Virus record (IMG/VR): IMGVR_UViG_3300002138_000031
Span: 1-38,873 of that record
Direction: 5' to 3' (one strand)
Source of the DNA: a virus
Length of the DNA stretch: 38,873 nt
Shown here: positions 7,992 to 16,638 of the stretch, piece after piece
Position numbering within the stretch: position 1 is the stretch's first letter
Layout of the letters: every line of letters begins with the position of its first letter
Notes under the pieces: generated by a model
Databases searched by the model: none
What the model was told of the DNA's origin: nothing
The model's input: the letters and a program-made list of their open reading frames with translations, nothing else
Translations under genes and position numbers: made by a program

Positions 7992-9851
7992 ATGGCAGAG
8001 AATGTAGAATTAGAAATAAAGGTAAAAGGTAGTGATTCGGTGCAAAACGCATCTGATAAATTAAAATCTGCTAAAACCCAATTAAGAGAGCTTAAAGACC
8101 TTTTAGCTAGTGGCACATTAGGTGGCCAAGAGTTTGAAAAGGTAGCAGCACAAGCAGGTGCATTAGAAGATAAGATAGGTGATGTAAACAAAAAAGTAAA
8201 AAACCTTTCAAGTGATACGGGTTTATTAGATGGCTTTACATCCGTCACTCAAGGTATAATAGGTGGATTTACGGCTGCTCAAGGTGCTATGGCTTTATTT
8301 GGGGATGAGAATAAAGACCTACAAAAACAATTAGTAAAAGTACAAGGGGCGGTAGCTTTGTTAAATGGATTCCAGGCGGTTGCCAATACCTTAAATAAGG
8401 ATAGTGCTGCAATGACCTTGTTACAATCTACAAGGTTAAAAGTATTAACTGCCATTCAAACACGCTACACATTAGTAGTTCAAGGCACAACGGGCGCAAT
8501 GAAAGCCCTAAGAATAGCAGGTGCGGCATTAGGTATAGGGTTAATAATTGCAGCAATAGCATTATTGATATCTAATTTTGATAAGATAAAGAAAGCAGTA
8601 TTAAATTTCTTACCATCATTAGAAACACTTAAAAACACTTTCTATGCCGTTAAAAATGCAATTACAGACTTCTTAGGCATAACTAGTGATGCCACACGAG
8701 AGTATGACAAATTAGAAAAGGCAACTGAAAAATACATAACCAAAGCAGAAGAAGAAATAGAGGTTATGAAGATAAGAGGGGAAACTGCATATAAAATATG
8801 GGTAGCTGAAAGAGAATTAATAAATAGAAAATTACAATTACTTCAAGCGTCATTGAAGGCGCATGGTGATTTAACTGATGAGGAATTAAAACAAGCGGAG
8901 GATCTACAAAGAGAAAAAAGGATATTAAATGAGACTTACTTTGCAAGTCAAGAGAAAGAAGCTGATAAAAATAATAAAGCTCAACAAGATAAAGCTAAAA
9001 AGAATAGTGAAGATAGAAAGAAACAAGCTGAACTAGATAAAGCTAATGCATTAACTGCTTCTAAAGAGTCTTTAAAAATAGCTGAAGATAGAGAAAATAT
9101 ATTAGGTACTTTAACACTTGATAGACAAAGATTTTATTTACAAGAAAAATTAAGATTAGGTATTTTATCACAAGATGAATACACTAATGCAATGTTATTA
9201 TCTGCTAAAACAGAAAGTGATTTAGAAGCTGAAAATAATCAAAAATCATTTGATGACTTATTTGCATCATTAGATGCTGAAGCTACATTAGAACAAGAAT
9301 ATAAAGATAAACAAAAGGCTATTGATGAGAAAGAAAGATTAGATAAAATCAATAATGAAAAGGCAGCCTATGAGCAAAGAGTGGCTATTGCTACCGATGG
9401 GTTAAATGCTTTATCTTCTTTAACCACTGCTTTTGCGAGTAAATCAGAGCAAGGGCAAAGACGGGCGTTTGCAATAAATAAAGCCTTAAATATAAGTACC
9501 GCAATTATTGACACCTATATGGCAGCGCAAAAAGCCTATACAAGTCAATTAAGCATACCTACTCCTGATGCACCTATAAGGGCGCAAGTGGCAGCAGGTG
9601 TAGCAATAGCAGGAGGTTTGGCAAGGGTAGCAGCGATTAGTAAAACCGAGTTTGGTAGTGGTAATGTGTCTAATGTAGGTGGCGGTTCGTTTAGTAATCA
9701 AGCCCCAAGAATACAAGGTTTCACAACTAACAATACACCACAACGTCAAACAGGGCAAAATGGTAACTTCAAAGTATATGTTACTGAAACAGATATAAGA
9801 AACGCAGGCAATAAAGTTGGTAGCATATATCAACAAGCTATGGTAGAGTAA
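7992..9851 (+). CDS. Tape measure protein (putative)
   Basis: 619 aa with Gly/Ala-rich hydrophobic segments (GIIGGFTAAQGAMALFG, LRIAGAALGIGLIIAAIALLISNF), a long K/E-rich coiled-coil middle, and a C-terminal AAGVAIAGGLARVAAIS. Confidence 0.65.
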   Translation: MAENVELEIKVKGSDSVQNASDKLKSAKTQLRELKDLLASGTLGGQEFEKVAAQAGALEDKIGDVNKKVKNLSSDTGLLDGFTSVTQGIIGGFTAAQGAMALFGDENKDLQKQLVKVQGAVALLNGFQAVANTLNKDSAAMTLLQSTRLKVLTAIQTRYTLVVQGTTGAMKALRIAGAALGIGLIIAAIALLISNFDKIKKAVLNFLPSLETLKNTFYAVKNAITDFLGITSDATREYDKLEKATEKYITKAEEEIEVMKIRGETAYKIWVAERELINRKLQLLQASLKAHGDLTDEELKQAEDLQREKRILNETYFASQEKEADKNNKAQQDKAKKNSEDRKKQAELDKANALTASKESLKIAEDRENILGTLTLDRQRFYLQEKLRLGILSQDEYTNAMLLSAKTESDLEAENNQKSFDDLFASLDAEATLEQEYKDKQKAIDEKERLDKINNEKAAYEQRVAIATDGLNALSSLTTAFASKSEQGQRRAFAINKALNISTAIIDTYMAAQKAYTSQLSIPTPDAPIRAQVAAGVAIAGGLARVAAISKTEFGSGNVSNVGGGSFSNQAPRIQGFTTNNTPQRQTGQNGNFKVYVTETDIRNAGNKVGSIYQQAMVE

Positions 9852-9857
9852 AAACAA

Positions 9858-9887
9858 AAAACCCCAATCAATCAAGACTGAGGTTTT
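9858..9887 (+). terminator. Weak intrinsic-terminator-like hairpin after the tape-measure gene
   Basis: AAAACCCCA ... TGAGGTTTT forms a 9-position stem with one C-A mismatch and a 12-nt loop. The U-run is only 4 nt. Confidence 0.3.
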
Positions 9888-9996
9888 ATGCAATGAAAAG
9901 CCAATATTACCCAAAAGGCAATACAAATATAAAGGTTACTTTCTAATAACCAAATAAAATACCCACTTTTTTTAAAATAGTCGTCTTTACTTATAG

Positions 9997-11109
9997 ATGG
10001 ACTTACCAGTTATTGAACTTACTTTAGAAGATTTAGAAAACGATCGTGTAGAGGCTATTGCCTTTGTCGACAATCCTGCTATTCAAAGAAATTGGATGGC
10101 GTTTAATTCTGATGACGCTAAACCTAAGTTTGAATTTAAAACTGCTGACACAGAAAAAAGAATAGTAGCAGGTCCTTTAATGGTGGCAGATATGCCTATA
10201 TATAGAAACTATGAAGGTAAAAAATTTTTTGTAGTCTTTAAAAAAGAAACCATTGAGCAGATAGTAAACAAGTTTATGAAAGAAGGTAGAGTTAGTGCAT
10301 TTAACAATATGCACAATGAAGCCGACAAACTTAGTAATGTCTACTTACAACAATCATTTATAATTGATTCTACTAAAGGTATTAACACCCCTATGGGTTA
10401 TGAGACTTTAAGTGATGGCAGTTGGTTTGGATTCGTTAAAGTTGATGACGATAAAATATGGAATGACTATGTTAAGACTGGTCAATTAAACGGGTTTAGT
10501 GTAGAAGGTCAATTTTCAGAAAAAAAACATTTTAATATAATGAACAAATTAGAAGAAATATTAGAGAAATTCTCTAAGAAATTTGGGTTAAACGAAGAAC
10601 CTAAAGAAGCACAAGCAGAACCAACTAAAGCGGTTATGGGTAGCGCAAAACTTACAGACGGCACTATGGTAACATGGGAGGGTGATTTAGCCGAAGGAAC
10701 GCCCGTAATGAGCGAAGCAGGTAGCCCCGTCGAAGATGGTGATTACACCTTTGAAGATGGTACGGTTATCAGTGTAGCAGGTGGGGTAGTCGCTGCAATA
10801 GCAAGTCCACAAGCACCAGCCGAACCCGCAGAGATGGCAGCAGAAACTATTGAGCCAAACGCTGAAATAGTAGCACTTAAAGCTGAAATCGAAACACTTA
10901 AAGCATCTATTGAATCTAACAAGCCTACTGATTATTCAGAGCAGTTTGCTAAAATAGATGAAAATATTAAAGACTTATTTGAGGCTATTAAACTTAGTTA
11001 TGAGGATAAAGATAACAAAGACTTAAAAGCTAAATTTAAGAATGACTTTGAACCCGTTAAAGGGTTAGGTCGTAGGTCGTCTAATTTTTTACAATCAAAA
11101 ACAAAATAA
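9997..11109 (+). CDS. Prohead protease (XkdF-like) fused to a scaffold-like C-terminus
   Basis: The N-terminus (VEAIAFVDNPAIQRNWMAF ... EKRIVAGPLMVADMPIYR ... FNNMHNE) resembles the XkdF/Peptidase_S78_2 family. The C-terminus is acidic and coiled-coil (IVALKAEIETLKASIES). It lies directly upstream of the capsid gene. Confidence 0.6.
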   Translation: MDLPVIELTLEDLENDRVEAIAFVDNPAIQRNWMAFNSDDAKPKFEFKTADTEKRIVAGPLMVADMPIYRNYEGKKFFVVFKKETIEQIVNKFMKEGRVSAFNNMHNEADKLSNVYLQQSFIIDSTKGINTPMGYETLSDGSWFGFVKVDDDKIWNDYVKTGQLNGFSVEGQFSEKKHFNIMNKLEEILEKFSKKFGLNEEPKEAQAEPTKAVMGSAKLTDGTMVTWEGDLAEGTPVMSEAGSPVEDGDYTFEDGTVISVAGGVVAAIASPQAPAEPAEMAAETIEPNAEIVALKAEIETLKASIESNKPTDYSEQFAKIDENIKDLFEAIKLSYEDKDNKDLKAKFKNDFEPVKGLGRRSSNFLQSKTK

Positions 11110-11116
11110 CAAATAC

Positions 11117-12058
11117 ATGAAATTAAAATTTGGATATGACGTGTCAGATTTGACCGCTTATGTCAATGAGGAAAAATTGCCGTTGTTAATGGCATCTGTA
11201 TTTAGTGGTGAATCTGCTGATTTCTTTGAATGGCAGCAAGGCATTAAGTATAAAGAAAAACTTAACTATATGGATATTGATATCCTTATGAGAGCCGACA
11301 CTGGATGTTCTACTTTTACAAGTTCGGGTGATACCACCTTTACTCAGAAAGAAATTTCAGTAGATAGCGCAATCCATGAAACTGCCCATTGCCCTGCTGA
11401 TTTAGAAGATTACTGGGCTAGAATTGGTCTACAAAAAGGATCTTATCAAGATGCTCTACCATTTGAACAAGAGTGGACTGGTTACTACAATGAGAAAGTA
11501 AAAGCAGTTGTAGAAACTCAAATTTGGCAAGGTAACAAATCAACTGGCTCAGGTAACTTAGCTTTAGTTAATGGATTTATCAAAGCTATTGACGATGACA
11601 CTGCAACAGTAGACGCAACCGCACAAGCAAGTATATCTACTACTACCATTATCGGTATATTGGATGACATGGTATCTAAATTACCAGCAGGTGTACAAGG
11701 TGCTGATGACTTGGTTTTCTGTATGGGTTGGGATACTTTCAGAATCTTATTGCAAAAATTGAGAGATTTGAACTACTTCCATATCAATGGTGCTGAGACT
11801 TCACCTTATACAAGTGGTGAATATATGTTAGATACTTGGGGTGTTAAAATCAAAGCCTTTAGAGGTTTGACAGGAACTAACCGTATCTTCTTGAGCCGTC
11901 AATCTAACTTTATAATCGGTACTGACTTACAAGGCGATTACGAGGCATATGATTTGTGGTACGAAAAGAAAGATGATAAAATTTTAACCCGTTTGAAATA
12001 CAAATTAGGTACTCAAATTAAATTTGGTGCTGAAATGGTTCAATACTCTAATTCTTAA
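11117..12058 (+). CDS. Major capsid protein (HK97-fold-like)
   Basis: 313 aa following the protease/scaffold gene. Capsid-like motifs include VETQIWQGN, LVNGFIKAI and FCMGWDTFRIL. A terminator follows one gene downstream. Confidence 0.75.
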   Translation: MKLKFGYDVSDLTAYVNEEKLPLLMASVFSGESADFFEWQQGIKYKEKLNYMDIDILMRADTGCSTFTSSGDTTFTQKEISVDSAIHETAHCPADLEDYWARIGLQKGSYQDALPFEQEWTGYYNEKVKAVVETQIWQGNKSTGSGNLALVNGFIKAIDDDTATVDATAQASISTTTIIGILDDMVSKLPAGVQGADDLVFCMGWDTFRILLQKLRDLNYFHINGAETSPYTSGEYMLDTWGVKIKAFRGLTGTNRIFLSRQSNFIIGTDLQGDYEAYDLWYEKKDDKILTRLKYKLGTQIKFGAEMVQYSNS

Positions 12059-12063
12059 TCAAT

Positions 12064-12582
12064 ATGAGTTGTATATTATCTTCAGATTTTACCCTACCAT
12101 GCCGTCGTAATAAGGGTGGTGTTCAAAAAGTTTATATTACTGAACTTGCTAACACTGCTACTTTAACAGTTGTGAGTGGTGCTGTAACTGTCTTTACCTT
12201 GTCTACTGGAAAAGAATTTTTCGAGTATAATTTAGGTATGGGCGGAAGCAATGCAACTGCAACAGTAGGCGGAGATAGGGCAGTACAATCAAGATTCTAT
12301 ACCCACTCAGTAAACATACAACTACCTCAACAAAGTACAGCACTCAGAAATGAGTTGCTTGTACTTGGGCAGGTAACTGTTCAAATAATCGTTTTAGACG
12401 AGAATGGTAAATACTTCTTGTATGGAGGGTATAGAGGCTTAGAAATTTCAGAAGGAACTGCACAAACTGGCACTGCATCAGCAGACCTCAATGGCTATAA
12501 CATTACCTTTGCAGGTGATGAATTAGATTTGCCTATTGAAGTACCGTCAGGATTAATAGCAGCCCTTATTGAACCCGCATAG
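12064..12582 (+). CDS. Abundant virion protein, possibly major tail (tube) protein
   Basis: 172 aa, 5 nt after the capsid gene and followed by a strong terminator. A beta-rich pattern (GGVQKVYITE ... VLDENGKYFLYGGYRGLE ... DLNGYNITFAG) recalls tail tube proteins. Unverified. Confidence 0.4.
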   Translation: MSCILSSDFTLPCRRNKGGVQKVYITELANTATLTVVSGAVTVFTLSTGKEFFEYNLGMGGSNATATVGGDRAVQSRFYTHSVNIQLPQQSTALRNELLVLGQVTVQIIVLDENGKYFLYGGYRGLEISEGTAQTGTASADLNGYNITFAGDELDLPIEVPSGLIAALIEPA

Positions 12583-12605
12583 TGTGTTTTCATAGTTTAT
12601 CTTCG

Positions 12606-12640
12606 AGGGGGTTGGTGGTCAAATACCACCCCCTTTATTT
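12606..12640 (+). terminator. Intrinsic terminator after the capsid/tube pair
   Basis: AGGGGG-tt-GGTGG / CCACC-CCCTTT hairpin (5 bp, a 2-nt bulge, then 6 bp including wobbles) with a 7-nt loop and a T-rich tail ending at the next ATG (12641). Confidence 0.7.
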
Positions 12641-13039
12641 ATGATAATATTAGAACCAAATACCGAGAACATTTTAGTTTTGTCATTATCTGAAAAGGTA
12701 ACGATACAAAACCCTATTTATCTATTTAGGTTTGTTTCAAAAGAATCTAAAGTAGAGTATGTGTGTATTAGCGCAGCGATTGACGATTATAGTTATGGTA
12801 GACAATCGTTTGAAGTAACAACCGTAACAAGTGGCGCAACTGCCTTAAATGGTGAAGTAGCCTTAATATATGGCGATGAGTATAATTATTACATATACGC
12901 CCAAACAAGTACAACGAATTTAGACTATACATTGAGCGATGAACTAATCCAAGAAGGATTGGCTAAGTTTAATAAACCGATAACAACACGAACAAATTAT
13001 GAGCGAGAACCTACAACCAGAAAAGTCTACCAAAGATAA
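12641..13039 (+). CDS. Hypothetical structural-module protein (132 aa)
   Basis: ORF between the terminator and the portal gene. I recognised no motif. Confidence 0.5.
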   Translation: MIILEPNTENILVLSLSEKVTIQNPIYLFRFVSKESKVEYVCISAAIDDYSYGRQSFEVTTVTSGATALNGEVALIYGDEYNYYIYAQTSTTNLDYTLSDELIQEGLAKFNKPITTRTNYEREPTTRKVYQR

Positions 13040-14807
13040 ATATGTCTTTGGGGCGTTCCCATTATATGAGCATAAAACACCTGAGTTCAGGGAAAAAAGT
13101 GGCTATGTGTATGTTCAATATGGGGATGATAATGCTTACCCTGATTACCTTGTATATCTTTATAACCGTTCTGCAATTCATAACGCAATAGTAAACGGCA
13201 AAGCAAGATTTATAAATGGTTTAGGGTGGCAGGTATCTGATGGCATGGTAGATGGTAACTTGACTAACTTTATGTCAAGGGTAAACCCATCTGATGACTT
13301 AAACGAATTAACACAAAAAGCCATTTTAGATAGGTTAATCTTTGGAGGTTATGCTTTAAGAGTGTTATGGATGGGCGGCAAAATAGTAAATATATATCAC
13401 CAACCTTTTCAAACTATAAGAACCGACGCTGAGCAAACTACATTTTATATCTCTAAGCAATGGACCAAAGAACAAAGCACTAAGGCTAAGTTTAAGGCAT
13501 CAAAGAAAATGCCAGAAGATGTAAGAGCAATAGCCCCATTTGATCCAAATACAAGAAACGGGGAACAATTACTATACATTGCAGATTACAGACCGCAAAT
13601 CAAAGTTTATCCATTACCTGAATACTTACCTGCCAACGCAGGAATAGAAACAGATATAGAAATAGACAACTTTCATTTGAATAATATTAAATCGGGGTTT
13701 GCAGCAGGTAATATGATAGTGATGTATAATGGTAAACCTGCACCCGAAGAAATGAGAAAAGTAGAACAAGATTTAAAAGATAAGTTCTATGGTACTGATA
13801 ACGGAGGGGAAGGGATATTATACTTTGCTGAACTAAATGAGACACCCCCTTTAATTGTTCCAATGAGGTCTAATGAATTAGATAAACAATATGAGCAGTT
13901 AAGTAAATCAACTATTGAAAAGATATTTATAGGTCATAACGTAACAAGCCCTCAATTATTTGGGTTAAAGCCTGAAAGTGGATTGACAGACGGATGGTCT
14001 AATATGGATATAGCCTGGCAGTTGATGAACATAAACTATGTAGAGCCACGCAGAAGGCAAATAGAAAGCGATTTTAACTACATATTAAAGTTTGCAGGGT
14101 TTGATAAAAGGATTGAATTAAAACCATTACAAAGATTAAAAACTCCTATAAGTGAATCTATGTTAATGGCTAATCTAACAAGAGCAGAATTAAGACAATT
14201 AATAGATAGTAGTTTAGATATTGACTTAGCAGTCGAGCCTACTACTCAAATGGCTAAAAATGATTTAGGCAATTTTGAAAGTATATTGATAAATAGATTA
14301 TCTCAAATTGGCATAAGTGCTGATGGGTTAGAGTTTGCGGATATCAATATAGGTGAAGATGAAAAAAAGGTCCTTAATTATATTAAAGGCAAAAAAACTA
14401 TTGATATTAAAAAGGCTACCAAAGATTTAGGTATTGATGTAGCCAAAATAATGAAACGGCTAATTGAAAACAATGTAGTAGTAGGGGCGACTCAAGCAAG
14501 TGGTAATATAGACATTAAAGAAATCAACGTACCAAAAGACGAGCCAAATGTAAGTGTAGCTACTATGTGGAAGTACTCAGGACCTCAAGACGATAAGAAT
14601 AGAAGTTTTTGTGCGAAAATACTACAAATGAATCGTCTCTATACTAGAGAGGAAATAGACCAATTGAATAATGACATGAAAGAGTATAACCAAGATGTAT
14701 GGAAATATAGAGGCGGTTGGATGACCGTGCCTGATACGGATGGTTTACTTCATGTGCCTTATTGCAGACATACATGGAAACAAGTATTAGTTAAAAAAAG
14801 AAATTAA
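12999..14807 (+). CDS. Portal protein with C-terminal MuF/SPP1 gp7-like head-morphogenesis domain
   Basis: 602 aa and the only portal-sized candidate. The N-terminal part (AYPDYLVYLYNRSAIHNAIVNGKARFINGLGW) is portal-like. The C-terminus (NRSFCAKIL...YTREEIDQLNN...WKYRGGW...HVPYCRHTW) matches my memory of the MuF-like motif. Confidence 0.6.
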   Translation: MSENLQPEKSTKDKYVFGAFPLYEHKTPEFREKSGYVYVQYGDDNAYPDYLVYLYNRSAIHNAIVNGKARFINGLGWQVSDGMVDGNLTNFMSRVNPSDDLNELTQKAILDRLIFGGYALRVLWMGGKIVNIYHQPFQTIRTDAEQTTFYISKQWTKEQSTKAKFKASKKMPEDVRAIAPFDPNTRNGEQLLYIADYRPQIKVYPLPEYLPANAGIETDIEIDNFHLNNIKSGFAAGNMIVMYNGKPAPEEMRKVEQDLKDKFYGTDNGGEGILYFAELNETPPLIVPMRSNELDKQYEQLSKSTIEKIFIGHNVTSPQLFGLKPESGLTDGWSNMDIAWQLMNINYVEPRRRQIESDFNYILKFAGFDKRIELKPLQRLKTPISESMLMANLTRAELRQLIDSSLDIDLAVEPTTQMAKNDLGNFESILINRLSQIGISADGLEFADINIGEDEKKVLNYIKGKKTIDIKKATKDLGIDVAKIMKRLIENNVVVGATQASGNIDIKEINVPKDEPNVSVATMWKYSGPQDDKNRSFCAKILQMNRLYTREEIDQLNNDMKEYNQDVWKYRGGWMTVPDTDGLLHVPYCRHTWKQVLVKKRN

Positions 14808-15350
14808 ATGGCATTAATACCAGCGTTTATAGAAATAGATAGGCTAAAGGAATTTAGTGTAATAAGTGAAAACTTAGACAACAAACTATTAGAACCTACT
14901 TTAATAGCGGTCCAAGACTTATATTTAAGAGACGTTTTAGGGGCTGACTTGTATGCTGAGTTAATTACTCAAATCAATGCCGACACTACTACCGTACTTA
15001 ATCAAACTTTATTGAATGATTATATTGAGCCGTATTTAATAAATAAGGTAATAAGCGAGAGTGTAATTGATATAACTTATAAATTAAGGAATAAAGCAAT
15101 ACAGACAACTAATTCAGATTTTGGGCAAGTTGCTAATTTAACAGATTTAAGTAAAGTACAAGGTCAATATAACAACCGAGCCGAAGGATATAGAAAGTTG
15201 CTACAAGATTACTTATGTGATAATGGTAGCGATTACCCATTATACTGTCCTAAGAATACAGAGAGCAGTGTAGGCGGTTTTTATTTAGGCAATAAAAGAG
15301 TTGATCCAAGAGATTACTACTATGCAAATAAATATAGAGAAAATAAGTAA
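14808..15350 (+). CDS. Head-tail connector/adaptor (gp6-like), putative
   Basis: 180 aa immediately after the portal gene. The N-terminal pattern LLEPTLIAVQDLYLRDVLGADLYAEL recalls gp6-like head-tail connector proteins. Confidence 0.45.
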   Translation: MALIPAFIEIDRLKEFSVISENLDNKLLEPTLIAVQDLYLRDVLGADLYAELITQINADTTTVLNQTLLNDYIEPYLINKVISESVIDITYKLRNKAIQTTNSDFGQVANLTDLSKVQGQYNNRAEGYRKLLQDYLCDNGSDYPLYCPKNTESSVGGFYLGNKRVDPRDYYYANKYRENK

Positions 15351-15394
15351 GATAGCAGGGGTTAGCAAAAAGAACCTCATAAAGCTGATAAAAC

Positions 15395-16219
15395 ATGAAA
15401 ACGATAAACCAGATAAAAAAAGTATTCCAAGATTACGCAAGTAGTCACTTACAAATCAATACATTTGGTTATGGTCAGGAGTTTGAGCAACAAGCCGTAG
15501 AGGGTATTGAATACCCTTTATTATGGGTAGTGCCTGTTAGTAGCACTGTAAATAAAGTTGATTTAGATAGGACTTATAGAATAATAGTAGTTGATAGGGT
15601 TAGAAAAGATGAAAGCGATGAGTTAGATGTTGAGAGTGATACCGAGTTAATATTATTAGATTCATTAAGTTATCTTTACAAGTACTCTTTACAAAACAAC
15701 TTAGATTTATTAGATAATCAAAGCATCAGTCATGTTTGGGAAAAATGGAGTGATGAGGTAAGCGGACATTATACAGATATAACTATACAAGATTACTTCG
15801 ATTGGGATAGTTGTAATTTACCTTTAGCGGATGAAATACCTAGTGGGGAGTTCCCTGATATTGCGGGTGTTTATGTTTCCCCTCAAGTATTTAGTAAGGG
15901 TGTTACAATCCCAAGCCCATTGATTACTGATGATATACCTTTGTTTTTTACATTTACCGCTATAACAGTAAGACAAATTAATGACGTAATAGATGGGACT
16001 TCATTGAGTTACAATATTTACTTTGACGAGGATAAAAATAGCGTTTCGCCAACTAAACTATGGGATACAGATAGAGTAGTAACGAGTGAGGCGGGGAGTG
16101 AATCAGAAATATTTGATAATAGATTGATACCTATAAATAATTGGGTATGGATTAAACCGAGCGATGTATCATCGGTAACAACTTTTGCATTTAACATATT
16201 TTATAAAATAATCATATAA
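15395..16219 (+). CDS. Hypothetical structural protein (274 aa)
   Basis: ORF in the head-tail joining region. I recognised no motif. Confidence 0.5.
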   Translation: MKTINQIKKVFQDYASSHLQINTFGYGQEFEQQAVEGIEYPLLWVVPVSSTVNKVDLDRTYRIIVVDRVRKDESDELDVESDTELILLDSLSYLYKYSLQNNLDLLDNQSISHVWEKWSDEVSGHYTDITIQDYFDWDSCNLPLADEIPSGEFPDIAGVYVSPQVFSKGVTIPSPLITDDIPLFFTFTAITVRQINDVIDGTSLSYNIYFDEDKNSVSPTKLWDTDRVVTSEAGSESEIFDNRLIPINNWVWIKPSDVSSVTTFAFNIFYKIII

Positions 16220-16635
16220 TGGCAACATATAACAAATTTAACAGCTTTGTAGAGGCATTAGCCGAGAAGGTACACAATTTAGGTTCTGATACTTTGACGG
16301 TAGCTTTATGCGCAACGGCAAACGCCCCAATAGCGTCTAATACCCAATTAAGTAATCTTACCCAAATATCTTATACCAATTTATCTAGCAGGGTATTAAC
16401 GGTATCGGCAAGTTCACAAACATCTGGAACGTATAAACTTGTGATTGATGACCTTACATTAACGGCATCAGGCGGGGCAGTAGCAGCATTTCAGTATATT
16501 GCTATTTATAACGATACTGCTACAAATGATGAGTTGATTGCATGGTTTGACTATGGAAGCGCTTTGACTTTAGCAGATGGGGAAAGTTTGACTTTAGACT
16601 TTGACGCAACTAACGGGTTATTGCAAATAGCATAA
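16219..16635 (+). CDS. Conserved-looking phage virion protein of unknown function (138 aa)
   Basis: TAATG overlap with the previous gene. A beta-rich sequence (LTVALCATANAP ... FQYIAIYNDTATNDELIAWFDYG) directly upstream of the fibre gene. Confidence 0.5.
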   Translation: MATYNKFNSFVEALAEKVHNLGSDTLTVALCATANAPIASNTQLSNLTQISYTNLSSRVLTVSASSQTSGTYKLVIDDLTLTASGGAVAAFQYIAIYNDTATNDELIAWFDYGSALTLADGESLTLDFDATNGLLQIA

Positions 16636-16638
16636 TAA

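Noticed and set aside
9549-9926. 125-aa minus-strand ORF overlapping the tape-measure 3' end and the intergenic gap
   Set aside because: Its Cys/Tyr/Leu-rich translation is an antisense artefact of the tape-measure gene. The other minus-strand track ORFs were rejected for the same reason (3113, 4699, 6189, 7407, 7480, 7745, 7976, 8764, 16551, 22274, 25452, 25854, 26384, 27880, 30028, 32604, 35299, 36090, 36680, 38209, 38482, 38529).
15322-15444. 40-aa ORF (MQINIEKISKIAGVSKKNLIKLIKHEN...) with an HTH-like stretch
   Set aside because: It overlaps the 3' end of 14808..15350 and the 5' end of 15395..16219 in another frame. It has no coupling signature and is too short to support.
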